This document shows, one piece after another, positions 1-9,197 of a stretch of DNA of 32,144 bases. This DNA is from an uncultured Candidatus Saccharibacteria bacterium (GTDB lineage Bacteria > Patescibacteriota > Minisyncoccia > GWC2-36-17), in the NCBI GenBank assembly GCA_964354925.1, contig CAYHBU010000001.1:1-32144 (forward strand). Reading direction: 5' to 3'. The notes under the pieces are model-generated. The model was given only the letters and a program-made list of their open reading frames with translations. It was not told the DNA's origin and made no database searches. How positions within the stretch are numbered: position 1 is the stretch's first letter; each line of letters starts with the position of its first letter. A program made the position numbers and the translations under genes.

Positions 1-162
1 ACGGATTGACTCCTATTGAGAAGTTTAACCAATTTAAAGAAAAAAGTGTCACCCCGTAAGGTTAACTAAACATAATAACGTAATAAAAACCTACAATAAT
101 CCAATCAAAAGTAAAAATAAACACTCGATAGATGATATATTTATACCAATGGATTATACTAC

Positions 163-1239
163 CTAACCCTCAAAAACTATCACTGGCGGGAGTTTTAGTG
201 TTTTTACCGGCGGTTTAGGATCATAGCCAATCCTAAAAATCATCAATACCGTTTTTTGATCTTCATTAAATACATCGTTTATTTCTTTATCTGCTTGCTT
301 GATAAGCTCTACCTGATTTGGCGAAAACCCGCTAGAATCACCGGCCAATATTCTCCTGGCAAGATAAGGTATGCCCGTCATAGGCTGCAAACTTAGCCCA
401 AGTTTTGTGATTGTCAGCCAAATTCTTTGCAATAACCTGCCTCCTCTCAAATAGGCTTCGTCTGTTTCTCCATCCACAAGTATCGCGCAAAGCGCAGATG
501 AAGAGATACAGGACTCGGCGCTTTGTTTTTGAATTTTCTTGGCTAATCCGATTTTATTTACCACGTTTACAAATAGCCAATTCCCAAATATTTTCATTAT
601 GGGCAACATAAATGACGGCATGTCGGGGAATTTTGTTTTGATATATAATCCCTTTCTTTTTTCGGCATTTTCTTTTTCTGACCACAAAATACTAGAAAAT
701 ACGATGCCGTGAATCATCTTATTTTCAAAAATTAATCTCTCATGAAGACCAAGTGCCCAGGCCACCTTTTCTATTTCTTTAGAATCTTCAATTAATTTAA
801 TTTTACCGCCCCCAGCTACCGCTTGCTGAGTTTTTAAAATTTCTTCTTTGTGTTCTGATTTGAGCGGTGTTTTTTGATATATTCTACGATTAGTAGCGCG
901 ATTAAGTATATAGTTTAACAATGAATCTTCTTTTGGCTCTGCTTTGTCCAAAATCACGATAGCAACGATATCAGACTGACTCTTATCCGGGAAAATTTCT
1001 ATATTTGCATGATAGCCATATTTAAGAGCAATGATCGAGATGTTTTCCAGCAACGCTCCATGAGCGATATAAGAGCCTTTTTGATCGAAATTATAAGGCG
1101 TGATGTCTCCATCAGAAACATTACGGATGTAGATTTTATTTCCCCTAACTACAAATTTCCATGGCTGAGAATTATTCCCGGAAGGAGCATTTACCGCATG
1201 CTCAAGAATATTTTTTATTGTATCTTTCATATTTTCCAT
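163..1239 (-). CDS. tandem-domain nitroreductase-family (FMN) oxidoreductase
   Basis: 358-aa ORF. N-terminal HAVNAPSGNNSQPWKF matches the nitroreductase FMN-site motif, and a second nitroreductase-like half follows. The start overlaps the stop of the upstream E1-like ORF by 13 nt. Confidence 0.8.
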   Translation of the reverse strand: MENMKDTIKNILEHAVNAPSGNNSQPWKFVVRGNKIYIRNVSDGDITPYNFDQKGSYIAHGALLENISIIALKYGYHANIEIFPDKSQSDIVAIVILDKAEPKEDSLLNYILNRATNRRIYQKTPLKSEHKEEILKTQQAVAGGGKIKLIEDSKEIEKVAWALGLHERLIFENKMIHGIVFSSILWSEKENAEKRKGLYIKTKFPDMPSFMLPIMKIFGNWLFVNVVNKIGLAKKIQKQSAESCISSSALCAILVDGETDEAYLRGGRLLQRIWLTITKLGLSLQPMTGIPYLARRILAGDSSGFSPNQVELIKQADKEINDVFNEDQKTVLMIFRIGYDPKPPVKTLKLPPVIVFEG

Positions 1240-2243
1240 ATATTTAAATCAATCATATATCTTCCTGATTTTATTTTCTGACCGGATGCAATTTTAGAAA
1301 TTGCGAGAGCAACGGCGGAACTCGAAGCCAAAGAAGTGATGCCAAGCTGCGGCACGCCGGCCAAAGTATTGCCAACTTCTTTCAAGGACAACATCAACTT
1401 TTCACTGAAAAGATCTTTGTCTAATATTTTTCTTGTAGCTTCGATCCATTTTGGAGAATGTGATACAAGATTTTTGAAATCATTGGGGTCGAATTCGCCC
1501 AATAACCCATGAAAGATCTCTCTTTTGGGCTCAATATCAAATCGTTCTATGTCTATTATCGTTTTTTCTCCTAGATTTGTGGCCATTAAAACCGGTATTT
1601 TATGCTTTCTGGCCAAGATACGCAGCTGAATCTTGATCTCCAAATCATCCAGCTCATCTATCAAAATATCTAATTTCGGCGCACCTTTGATAAATTTATC
1701 CAAATTCTTTAAGTCAACGCCATTTGTCCATGGATCAATTTTTATAAATGGGTTTAATTCGTAAGCTTTTTTCAACGCCGCGATTGTTTTATTCTCCCCT
1801 ATTTCGCTAATTGAATAAAAAAGGCGATTTAAATTCGTAAGCTCTATCGTATCCGGATCCGCTATTCTCAAAAATTTACCTCCTCCGGAAATCAATAGCG
1901 GCCACAATATATTTGATCCAATTGATAAACCAATAATACCTATTTTTGCGTTGTAAAAATTCTTTTGCTCCTCTTTTGTTATTAAATTTTTATTGCGCGC
2001 TGATCTGACTTCCAGAAAAAGATTCTCCGGCAGAGTATATACAACATTATTATTCCATGGAAAATAAACATATACTCCTTTTATTTTTTGATATTTTTTT
2101 AAAAATTCTTCCAGCTTTTCTTTGTTATTTTTAAATTTTGGATATCGAATCTTGAATAATTCTTTTAATTCAGGATTGAAGGCATCGATAAAATTTGCGC
2201 CTTTGGGGATTTTATTTTTATCTTTGAAGATAATTGGTTTCAT
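1227..2243 (-). CDS. E1/ThiF/MoeB-like adenylyltransferase
   Basis: 338-aa ORF. Gly-rich loop KIGIIGLSIGSNIL plus RIADPDTIELTNLNRL are typical of the E1-like adenylation domain. It starts 6 nt after the PaaK-like ORF. Confidence 0.8.
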   Translation of the reverse strand: MKPIIFKDKNKIPKGANFIDAFNPELKELFKIRYPKFKNNKEKLEEFLKKYQKIKGVYVYFPWNNNVVYTLPENLFLEVRSARNKNLITKEEQKNFYNAKIGIIGLSIGSNILWPLLISGGGKFLRIADPDTIELTNLNRLFYSISEIGENKTIAALKKAYELNPFIKIDPWTNGVDLKNLDKFIKGAPKLDILIDELDDLEIKIQLRILARKHKIPVLMATNLGEKTIIDIERFDIEPKREIFHGLLGEFDPNDFKNLVSHSPKWIEATRKILDKDLFSEKLMLSLKEVGNTLAGVPQLGITSLASSSAVALAISKIASGQKIKSGRYMIDLNIWKI

Positions 2244-2249
2244 AATTTT

Positions 2250-3764
2250 TTAGTTATTTTTTACCCATTTTTGTTTTATACCGGGCTTGAAATGCTCCGG
2301 ATGTTCAAATGGCCAAAAAACCAGTTTGGGCGCAGCCCTTTCTTTTAAATGATTATGCAATTCATTAAACTCAGAACTTTTAATGCAAAGCGTTGAAACA
2401 ATTAGATCCGTCAAAGCTTTTTTAAATTGATCATTTATAATTTTATCATTTCTTAACTCAATATTTATTTCCAAATATTGATCTTGATTTGCATCAAATT
2501 TTGTCGAAAGAGAAAATTTGCCCGTCAAATAATCAGCAGCAACTCCACTTATCAATGCATCTCTTATTATCTCCGGGAAAATTTGCAAACCATAAAGCGT
2601 AGTCGACATATCACTCCTTTCGTAAATATACACGAAAGGTAATTCATTAACGTATCCATTTATTCCTGCTTTATTTATCTCATCTTTAATATCGCATCCA
2701 TACTGCTTGAGATTAGAGACGGCATCCTTAAAACTAAAAACTCCGCCACGATCTCCGATGGCATATCTAATAAGTGGTATCGCATTATCACCAGTCAAAA
2801 ACACTTCTCCATCGGGAGCCTCAAAACTGACAAATGACGGATTAAATTGTGCTAGAGTCGGTGTTTTATTGATATTAGAAAATAATTTGTTAAATAAATT
2901 TTTATTGCCCATTGATAATCTTTTTATCAGCGTGGCTCCGCCTGTTTCCCATGCCATCGCGCCAATATCAGCGCTTCCATAAATATGTATTATGTCTAGA
3001 TATGGGCTTCTGATCCTAGCCTTTTGAACAATATAATCCCTAAAATTTTCCGTAAAAACTTCAGCCGCAAAAACCAATCTTAAATTTATTTTACTTAAAT
3101 TAATGTCTCTCCCTGAAGCCTCATCAATTAAATCTTTTATAAATGGAGGATATCCGACTAAAATAGTCTGAGCAAATTTTGGACTTAGTTTCTTTAAAGC
3201 CTTAAATATCTCTTCTTTATTTATGCCGGGGGTCAATATTGAAACAGAATAATCACTTCTTCGACTAGCCATCTCAAAAGCTTCGTACGATATCAATCCT
3301 CCAATCCACACGCCCATCCCAAAGCATACAATAACCAAAATTGGCTCGTTATTAACAATAGAGCTTTGCTCCAAAAATAATTCCTGCAATATAGAGTATT
3401 GCCAATCTATTTTTTCCAATCTGGGAAAATAAAAAGGCTCGCCAGTCGAACCAGAAGTAGATGTGAACACTAAAGGTTTTTTTAGCGAACCATCCCAACA
3501 AAGCTGCTCCAATGGATATTGCCGTAAATAATTTTTCTTATCCATTGGAGGCACATTTTGAAAATCCTGCCAGGTTTTTATTTTTTCCGCCTGAATTTTA
3601 TTTTTCTGCAAAAAATCTTTATAAGCTGGTACATTTTTTGCCGCTTTTTTAAATAAAGCTAGTGACGATTTTTCTCGTTCTTTCATCCAAAAATCGCTAT
3701 TTTTTTCTTTTATAGCTTTTAATATTTTTTCTGTCCTTGATTTTTCGTTATTAAAAAATTCCAT
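2250..3764 (-). CDS. adenylate-forming ligase, phenylacetate-CoA ligase / coenzyme F390 synthetase (PaaK/CapK) family
   Basis: 504-aa ORF with the AMP-binding loop FTSTSGSTGEPFYFP. First gene of a three-gene minus-strand operon. Confidence 0.75.
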   Translation of the reverse strand: MEFFNNEKSRTEKILKAIKEKNSDFWMKEREKSSLALFKKAAKNVPAYKDFLQKNKIQAEKIKTWQDFQNVPPMDKKNYLRQYPLEQLCWDGSLKKPLVFTSTSGSTGEPFYFPRLEKIDWQYSILQELFLEQSSIVNNEPILVIVCFGMGVWIGGLISYEAFEMASRRSDYSVSILTPGINKEEIFKALKKLSPKFAQTILVGYPPFIKDLIDEASGRDINLSKINLRLVFAAEVFTENFRDYIVQKARIRSPYLDIIHIYGSADIGAMAWETGGATLIKRLSMGNKNLFNKLFSNINKTPTLAQFNPSFVSFEAPDGEVFLTGDNAIPLIRYAIGDRGGVFSFKDAVSNLKQYGCDIKDEINKAGINGYVNELPFVYIYERSDMSTTLYGLQIFPEIIRDALISGVAADYLTGKFSLSTKFDANQDQYLEINIELRNDKIINDQFKKALTDLIVSTLCIKSSEFNELHNHLKERAAPKLVFWPFEHPEHFKPGIKQKWVKNN

Positions 3765-3862
3765 TTTTTATCAAATTTCATACATACTATATCAGAAAAT
3801 CATTGAAATAGAAAGATAATTCTGTAATGGTCGAACAATGCCTATTTTGATATAATTTAACC

Positions 3863-4612
3863 GTGAAAAACACCAGATTCCCTAAAAAATTTTTAAAATA
3901 TACCCACAAGCCACACCGCTCCACTAAAAATAAGGGTCGGAAGAATCCGGCTGTTTTAATATTGCACGAAATCACTGGCATCACTGAACATACAAAAAGA
4001 GTGGCCCAAAAATTTGCTGACGCGGGTTATATAGCTATTACTCCCAATCTTTTCGAAGATAAAAGAATACAGAAAATATTCAAAGAAATGCCTCGTCTGT
4101 TCGAAAAAGCACAAAAAGAAGGTAAGGATCTTACTGAATTAAATAAGAAGATTAACGAAAAACTATATAAAATACTAAATAGTAAGAAATTTATCGACAC
4201 TACAATCAATAAATTAAATCAATGGATAGACTCGCTTAAATCACTAGACACAGTAGATGCCGATAATATATCAGTCATTGGATTTTCTTTTGGTGGCTGG
4301 TATGCATTTAAACTAATACAACTCAGAAACGACATACGCAAAGCGGTTATTTTTTATGGATTTTATGATGTCACCGAAGAAATGATAAAAGAAGTCAAAC
4401 GCCCAATGCTTGGATTTTATGGAGAACTTGAAAGCAGTATAAATGAAATTCAACGGATTAAGGAATTGGCTAAAAAGTATCAAAAACCAATAAAGATTTA
4501 TATGTGCAAACAGGCAAAACATTCTTTTTTTGATGATACAAACCCAAGAAGATACAATAAAGGAGCTTCGGATTTTGCGTGGAAAAAAACATTGGGATTT
4601 CTAAATAATTAA
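3863..4612 (+). CDS. dienelactone hydrolase family alpha/beta hydrolase
   Basis: AVLILHEITGITEHTKRVAQKFADAGYIAITPNLF and the nucleophile elbow GFSFGG fit the DLH fold. The GTG start lies only 6 nt after a TATAAT box (3851-3856), so the start is uncertain or the mRNA is leaderless. Confidence 0.65.
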   Translation: MKNTRFPKKFLKYTHKPHRSTKNKGRKNPAVLILHEITGITEHTKRVAQKFADAGYIAITPNLFEDKRIQKIFKEMPRLFEKAQKEGKDLTELNKKINEKLYKILNSKKFIDTTINKLNQWIDSLKSLDTVDADNISVIGFSFGGWYAFKLIQLRNDIRKAVIFYGFYDVTEEMIKEVKRPMLGFYGELESSINEIQRIKELAKKYQKPIKIYMCKQAKHSFFDDTNPRRYNKGASDFAWKKTLGFLNN

Positions 4613-4661
4613 TTATTATTAATGGGTTATTTTTTTATTAGTAACCGCTCTTATCACAATC

Positions 4662-5069
4662 ATGACCAACAAACCAATTAAAAAGGCTGGGGCTATAATT
4701 TTAAGTAGCAATGATAAACATAAAATTGCTCTACTTTATCGCGGGAAACATAATGACTGGTCATTTCCAAAAGGTCATATCGAAGACGGAGAGGATTCAA
4801 TAAATGCAATGATAAGAGAAGTAAAAGAAGAAACAGGATTATCAATAAAAATTTTATGTGAGCTACCGGAACAAAATTATCTTCACCCAAGTGGGAATAC
4901 CGTTTCAACAAAAATGTTTCTAGTACAATCCGAAAATGATGATCTTTTAAAATTGGAACATGAAACAGATGATATTAAATGGGTGCCAATAAACGAAGTG
5001 ATCTCGGTCTTGAGTTATAATAATTTAAAGGATTATTTTAAAAAAGTTTACCATATTATTAATAAATAA
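4662..5069 (+). CDS. Nudix hydrolase
   Basis: Nudix box GHIEDGEDSINAMIREVKEETGL (G-x5-E-x7-REUxEExGU). Confidence 0.85.
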   Translation: MTNKPIKKAGAIILSSNDKHKIALLYRGKHNDWSFPKGHIEDGEDSINAMIREVKEETGLSIKILCELPEQNYLHPSGNTVSTKMFLVQSENDDLLKLEHETDDIKWVPINEVISVLSYNNLKDYFKKVYHIINK

Positions 5070-5098
5070 TGCTATTATTTATCTAAAAACAATCAACA

Positions 5099-5127
5099 AA
5101 AAAGACGGCTCATTGAGCCGTCTTTTT
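5099..5127. terminator. bidirectional rho-independent terminator hairpin
   Basis: AAAAAGACGGCTC-att-GAGCCGTCTTTTT, a 13-bp stem flanked by an A-run and a T-run. It lies between convergent genes ending at 5069 (+) and 5132 (-). A 28-nt identical core recurs at 17049-17076. Confidence 0.8.
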
Positions 5128-5131
5128 AAAA

Positions 5132-6700
5132 TCACTTAATGATTCTCAGCATCTTTTTAGCTGATTTTATTATTGAGTTAATATAATCTTGATAATTTGA
5201 TATGCTCTCTACATTGCCATCTTTAACAACAAAAAAATATTCCGGATTTATTTTTTCCAGAAAATATCTATCGTGGGAAACTAAAATTACTATACCCGTG
5301 TAGGTCTCCAAAAGATTTTCAAGTGCATTCACAGCTTCTAAGTCTAGGTGATTCGTCGGTTCATCCAGCAACAAAACATTGACTGATTTGGCGCAAAACA
5401 AAGCCAATAAAAGTCTAGCTCTGCCACCAGGACTCAATTCTTTTATTTTTTTACTCACTTCATCAGCACCAAATCCAAATTTTGTTAATAAATAATATGC
5501 TTCCTGTTTATCTATGGCCGATCTCTCTTGCAAAAATTCAACAAGCAACTCATTGGGGAGATTATTATGCTCTTGCATCAAATCACCAACAACAAGTGAC
5601 GAGCCAATCTCAACTACACCAGACGACGGAATTAAATCATTGATAATCACTTTTAAAATCGAGGATTTACCAGAACCGTTTTGTCCCAAAATTGCCACTC
5701 TGGCTCCATAGGGAATCTCTAGTGAAATCGGCCCCAAATTAAAATTAGAGGAATATTTTACATAAACATCTTTTAATGAAATAAAATGCTTGGCTTTGCT
5801 ATCCATTGCCTTGAGTGGGATCACGAGCGGAATTTTTTGTTTTGGCGCATCAATTTTATCAATTTTTTCAAGGCGTTTCTCGATAGCTTTTGCGCGGTTG
5901 GCGGACTTCACAGAACGCTCACGATTATATCCTCGCGAGCGTTTATCATTATCGGTTGATTCTTGTTTAGCTCCTTTGCTGGCCCAATTTTTATTTTTAT
6001 CGATTGCCATCTCTAATCGCTCTATTTCTTCTTGTTGTAATAAATATTTTTCCACCAGCCTTTGAAATTCTTTTTCTTTAAATTCCAAATAATCGCTATA
6101 TGAACCAGTATACAAAGAAATTTCTCGACTATTTTTGTCGATTTCTAAAACACGAGATACAATATTATCAAGAAAACGCCGATCGTGAGAAACAATCAAA
6201 CAAGATGCATTTACATCCTTTAAATATTGTTCAAGCCAAATCAATGCCGGCAAATCAAGATTATTGGTTGGCTCGTCAAGAAGCAAAACATCAAATCCTT
6301 CAAGTAAGATTTTAACAAGCGCAATTTTGCTTTTTTGACCACCGCTTAGAGAGTATATCTTGCGGGTAAAATCAATGTTATTAATCCCAAAACTATCCAA
6401 AATCGCTTTAATGCGATATTCAGCAATATCTTCGCCAAGCCCATCAAAATATTCATTGATTGTTTTATCTTGATCAAATATAGCCTCCTGGGGTAGATAT
6501 CCCACCTTACAATTTTGGGGAAGTTTAATGATTCCAGAATCAGGACTTTCAATACCGGCAATAATCTTTAGTAATGTTGATTTACCGGCGCCATTTGAGC
6601 CGACTAAAGCGACCTTTTGACCATTATTCACCGAAAAGAAAATATTTGATAGGATTATCTTATCGCCATAATTTTTATTTACTTTTTTTGCTTCTATCAT
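5132..6700 (-). CDS. ABC-F family ATPase (tandem NBDs, no TMD)
   Basis: 522 aa with two Walker A sites (GSNGAGKST, GQNGSGKSS) and two signature motifs (LSGGQ, LSPGG). A charged inter-domain linker and no membrane segments. Confidence 0.9.
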   Translation of the reverse strand: MIEAKKVNKNYGDKIILSNIFFSVNNGQKVALVGSNGAGKSTLLKIIAGIESPDSGIIKLPQNCKVGYLPQEAIFDQDKTINEYFDGLGEDIAEYRIKAILDSFGINNIDFTRKIYSLSGGQKSKIALVKILLEGFDVLLLDEPTNNLDLPALIWLEQYLKDVNASCLIVSHDRRFLDNIVSRVLEIDKNSREISLYTGSYSDYLEFKEKEFQRLVEKYLLQQEEIERLEMAIDKNKNWASKGAKQESTDNDKRSRGYNRERSVKSANRAKAIEKRLEKIDKIDAPKQKIPLVIPLKAMDSKAKHFISLKDVYVKYSSNFNLGPISLEIPYGARVAILGQNGSGKSSILKVIINDLIPSSGVVEIGSSLVVGDLMQEHNNLPNELLVEFLQERSAIDKQEAYYLLTKFGFGADEVSKKIKELSPGGRARLLLALFCAKSVNVLLLDEPTNHLDLEAVNALENLLETYTGIVILVSHDRYFLEKINPEYFFVVKDGNVESISNYQDYINSIIKSAKKMLRIIK

Positions 6701-6728
6701 TAGTATTTATGTATAATAAATCATTTAT

Positions 6729-7688
6729 ATGGAAATAATCATAGAATATCCAAAATTAGTCAACCTCTACTCGTTCATATCCAATCTTAGCCAATGGAAT
6801 GATTTGGTCTGCATACCTGAGCGAAAGAAGGAATGGATCAAAAGAACTGGAAAATTAAACAAAAAAGATGTTGATGCCCTGAATCGCTTCAGTAGATTAT
6901 TTCAAGAATCCGAATTAAATATCGAAAATATTTTTCTATATGATAACCCGCAATATATCTGGCGGATATTATCAAAAAAAATTGGGTGCGAAAAAACAAA
7001 GGAATTGCGTGACATATTTGCTCTCTTTAAAGAAAGATTCAATGTTATATGGAGCAAGGACATAAACAAGATAAAAAGAATAGAACAAGAATTTTCCAAG
7101 CAAAAAAATCTCTTAAACAAAAATCTAAATATCATTAAAAATCTTTGCGGCATTCCCCAGAATAGGCTAAGCACCGAGATAAGAGTGAGACTGATACTAA
7201 GCAGCAACATCAAAGAAGAAAGCCAAGGATTTGCATATAAAAATATCATTATTCTTGAGTGTTCTGGTTGGCCGATGAAGAAAATAAATTATCTTATCAA
7301 CAACATTTTACTACACGAAAGTTTTCATATCTTATTTAAGCAGAATAAAAAATTATTCAAAAGATTTCAAGGTTTAGTTAATAAAAATAGACAAATATTA
7401 GACAAACATTTTTTAAAAACTTGGGGAGCAGAAATCGTATTCGAAGAAGCATTGGTAAGCAGCTTTATACCAGAAGGATATCTGACAGAAAAAATATCCG
7501 GTCAAAATACAATAAACGAAGCAAAGAGCAAACTGAGGAGTAAAAAGATAACAGGACTAGAAAGATTAAGATATCAATCGGCCATCGACAATTATGATAT
7601 TGCAAAAGAATATGTAGAGGGATGGAAGGTATTGGATACACGATTATTGAATCACGTTATAAGTAAACTATATTCAAATATAAAATAA
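6729..7688 (+). CDS. hypothetical protein with HExxH-like motif
   Basis: 319-aa ORF in which I recognise no family. It contains LLHESFHILF (HExxH). Convergent with the rSAM gene, sharing its terminator. Confidence 0.45.
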   Translation: MEIIIEYPKLVNLYSFISNLSQWNDLVCIPERKKEWIKRTGKLNKKDVDALNRFSRLFQESELNIENIFLYDNPQYIWRILSKKIGCEKTKELRDIFALFKERFNVIWSKDINKIKRIEQEFSKQKNLLNKNLNIIKNLCGIPQNRLSTEIRVRLILSSNIKEESQGFAYKNIIILECSGWPMKKINYLINNILLHESFHILFKQNKKLFKRFQGLVNKNRQILDKHFLKTWGAEIVFEEALVSSFIPEGYLTEKISGQNTINEAKSKLRSKKITGLERLRYQSAIDNYDIAKEYVEGWKVLDTRLLNHVISKLYSNIK

Positions 7689-7712
7689 AAAGAGGCGTTA
7701 TTTCGCCTCTTT
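7689..7712. terminator. bidirectional terminator hairpin
   Basis: AAAGAGGCG-ttattt-CGCCTCTTT begins immediately after the stop at 7686-7688. It overlaps the last codons of the minus-strand rSAM gene. Confidence 0.6.
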
Positions 7713-8789
7713 GGTATAATCCTGAATCACAGAATTAAATCTGCTAAATATCTTTTTCAATGATATGCAAAACATGTTTCGCGAACCATTATCCAATACA
7801 TTCGGCCAATAATCTTGTGGGCATCCTCCACGGCAAACATTAAACCATTCGCAGGAAATACATTTCAAATTCAAAACCTTCATTCTATCTTTAAACCGAA
7901 TAAAATTATCGACTAATGGAACCGCGTCCAAACCATTCTTAATATTGCCAAAACTTAAAGATTCTATCTGTGGCAACGAATCACAAGCATAAATCGATCC
8001 ATCGGGATAAACAGTAAGGTATTTATAACATTCGCCGGAAAACATGCATTCCCTATTATCTCCACCCATCATTGTATTGACTATGCTTTCAATTTCCCTA
8101 ATTTCTATACTTGGATCATCTAGTTTTAGTAATTCATTAAAAATACCTACCAAAAAATCTGCGTAACTTTCAGGGTCGACAGAAAATGGGAGTAAATTAC
8201 CGTCATCGTTACGTCCTTGAACTTGAAGAAATTTTACTTTCTTTATTCCTTTAGAAACAAAGAATTTAAATATTTCTTTCGGGTAATCACAGTTTATAGA
8301 GCTAACACAACAAATAATACTAGGCTCGATATTGAATTTACGAAGCGTATTTATCGCACGCATAACATTATTAAAGCTACCTCTTTCTTCGCTTATTATT
8401 CTCGTCTTATCATGAAAAAACTTTGGGCCATCTAAACTTGTACCGACACTGAAATTATTTTCAGAAAAAAATCTCGCCCACTCGTCATCAATCAATAAAC
8501 CATTAGTTTGTATCGAATTAAATACATCACATCCTTTATTGACCCAAATCGACTGATATTCAATCGCCTTACGATAAAAATCCATACCAGCCAACATTGG
8601 CTCTCCGCCATGCCACACAAACTCTACTCGATCACTCATTTTACAAAATTCATTTATCAATGCTTCTAATGTGACATCAGACATCAACATACTGTCATGG
8701 GAATCAGCTTTCTTTTTCTTGAAATAACAATAACCGCAATCGATATTACATCTACCTCCGATTGGTTTTATTATAGGAGTAAAATTCAT
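7698..8789 (-). CDS. radical SAM/SPASM-domain enzyme, anaerobic sulfatase-maturase (anSME)-like peptide maturase
   Basis: CNIDCGYC (CxxxCxxC) cluster, WHGGEPML, IQTNG, and the C-terminal SPASM motif CISCEWFNVCRGGC (CxxCx5CxxxC). I prefer the ATG at 8789, preceded by GAGGTG, over the GTG at 8801 in the track. Confidence 0.85.
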   Translation of the reverse strand: MNFTPIIKPIGGRCNIDCGYCYFKKKKADSHDSMLMSDVTLEALINEFCKMSDRVEFVWHGGEPMLAGMDFYRKAIEYQSIWVNKGCDVFNSIQTNGLLIDDEWARFFSENNFSVGTSLDGPKFFHDKTRIISEERGSFNNVMRAINTLRKFNIEPSIICCVSSINCDYPKEIFKFFVSKGIKKVKFLQVQGRNDDGNLLPFSVDPESYADFLVGIFNELLKLDDPSIEIREIESIVNTMMGGDNRECMFSGECYKYLTVYPDGSIYACDSLPQIESLSFGNIKNGLDAVPLVDNFIRFKDRMKVLNLKCISCEWFNVCRGGCPQDYWPNVLDNGSRNMFCISLKKIFSRFNSVIQDYTKEAK

Positions 8790-8834
8790 TGCACACCTCA
8801 CTTTATTTTGTTGTTGTGTTTTGAAAAGAGGGGG

Positions 8835-8862
8835 AGATACACACCCCTCTTTCCTCTATCCG
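8835..8862 (-). terminator. intercistronic hairpin / leaky attenuator between peptide gene and rSAM gene
   Basis: 9-bp stem AAAGAGGGG / CCCCTCTTT with a 10-nt loop. On the minus strand it is followed by only a short U tract (CCCCUCUUUUC). It sits in the 78-nt gap between 8868 and 8789. Confidence 0.5.
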
Positions 8863-8867
8863 CCACT

Positions 8868-9017
8868 CTACTTCTTGCGCCAAGGATAGCCTCCGCCAAT
8901 GCCCTTTCCCCAGGCACTGGCATCGCTCTTTTTAACGGCCTCCTGTATCCTTTCTAAAACCTTGGAGCGGCTTAAAGATGTTTGATCTGATTGTCTAACG
9001 ACGATCTTCTTGTTCAT
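8868..9017 (-). CDS. 49-aa candidate RiPP precursor peptide
   Basis: ATG at 9017 is preceded by GGAGAAAAACA (SD GGAG). Peptide: MNKKIVVRQSDQTSLSRSKVLERIQEAVKKSDASAWGKGIGGGYPWRKK. No Cys; Gly/Trp/Lys-rich C-terminus. It lies directly upstream of the rSAM/SPASM gene on the same strand. The track ORF 8868-9065 is a longer in-frame version. Confidence 0.55.
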   Translation of the reverse strand: MNKKIVVRQSDQTSLSRSKVLERIQEAVKKSDASAWGKGIGGGYPWRKK

Positions 9018-9197
9018 TGTTTTTCTCCAATATAAAATTATTATTGAGAAAATTGCCCCTTCCATTTATGTGAACAGAGAGATTTCTCCCTGTAATTGTT
9101 TTAAATGTCCTAGTCCTAGTATTATCAAACATTTTTCATATCGTCAAGGCATGCTTGATTATATAAAATATGTTATTATTCTTAAACTATAAATTTT

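Noticed and set aside
1-59. Open frame running off the 5' edge (..GLTPIEKFNQFKEKSVTP*)
   Set aside because: Only 19 codons are visible. It may be the 3' end of a plus-strand gene, but that cannot be supported or identified.
3787-3984. 65-aa minus-strand ORF upstream of the PaaK-like gene, considered as a possible precursor peptide
   Set aside because: It overlaps the dienelactone hydrolase start and promoter on the other strand, has no SD, and its hydrophobic sequence resembles antisense noise.
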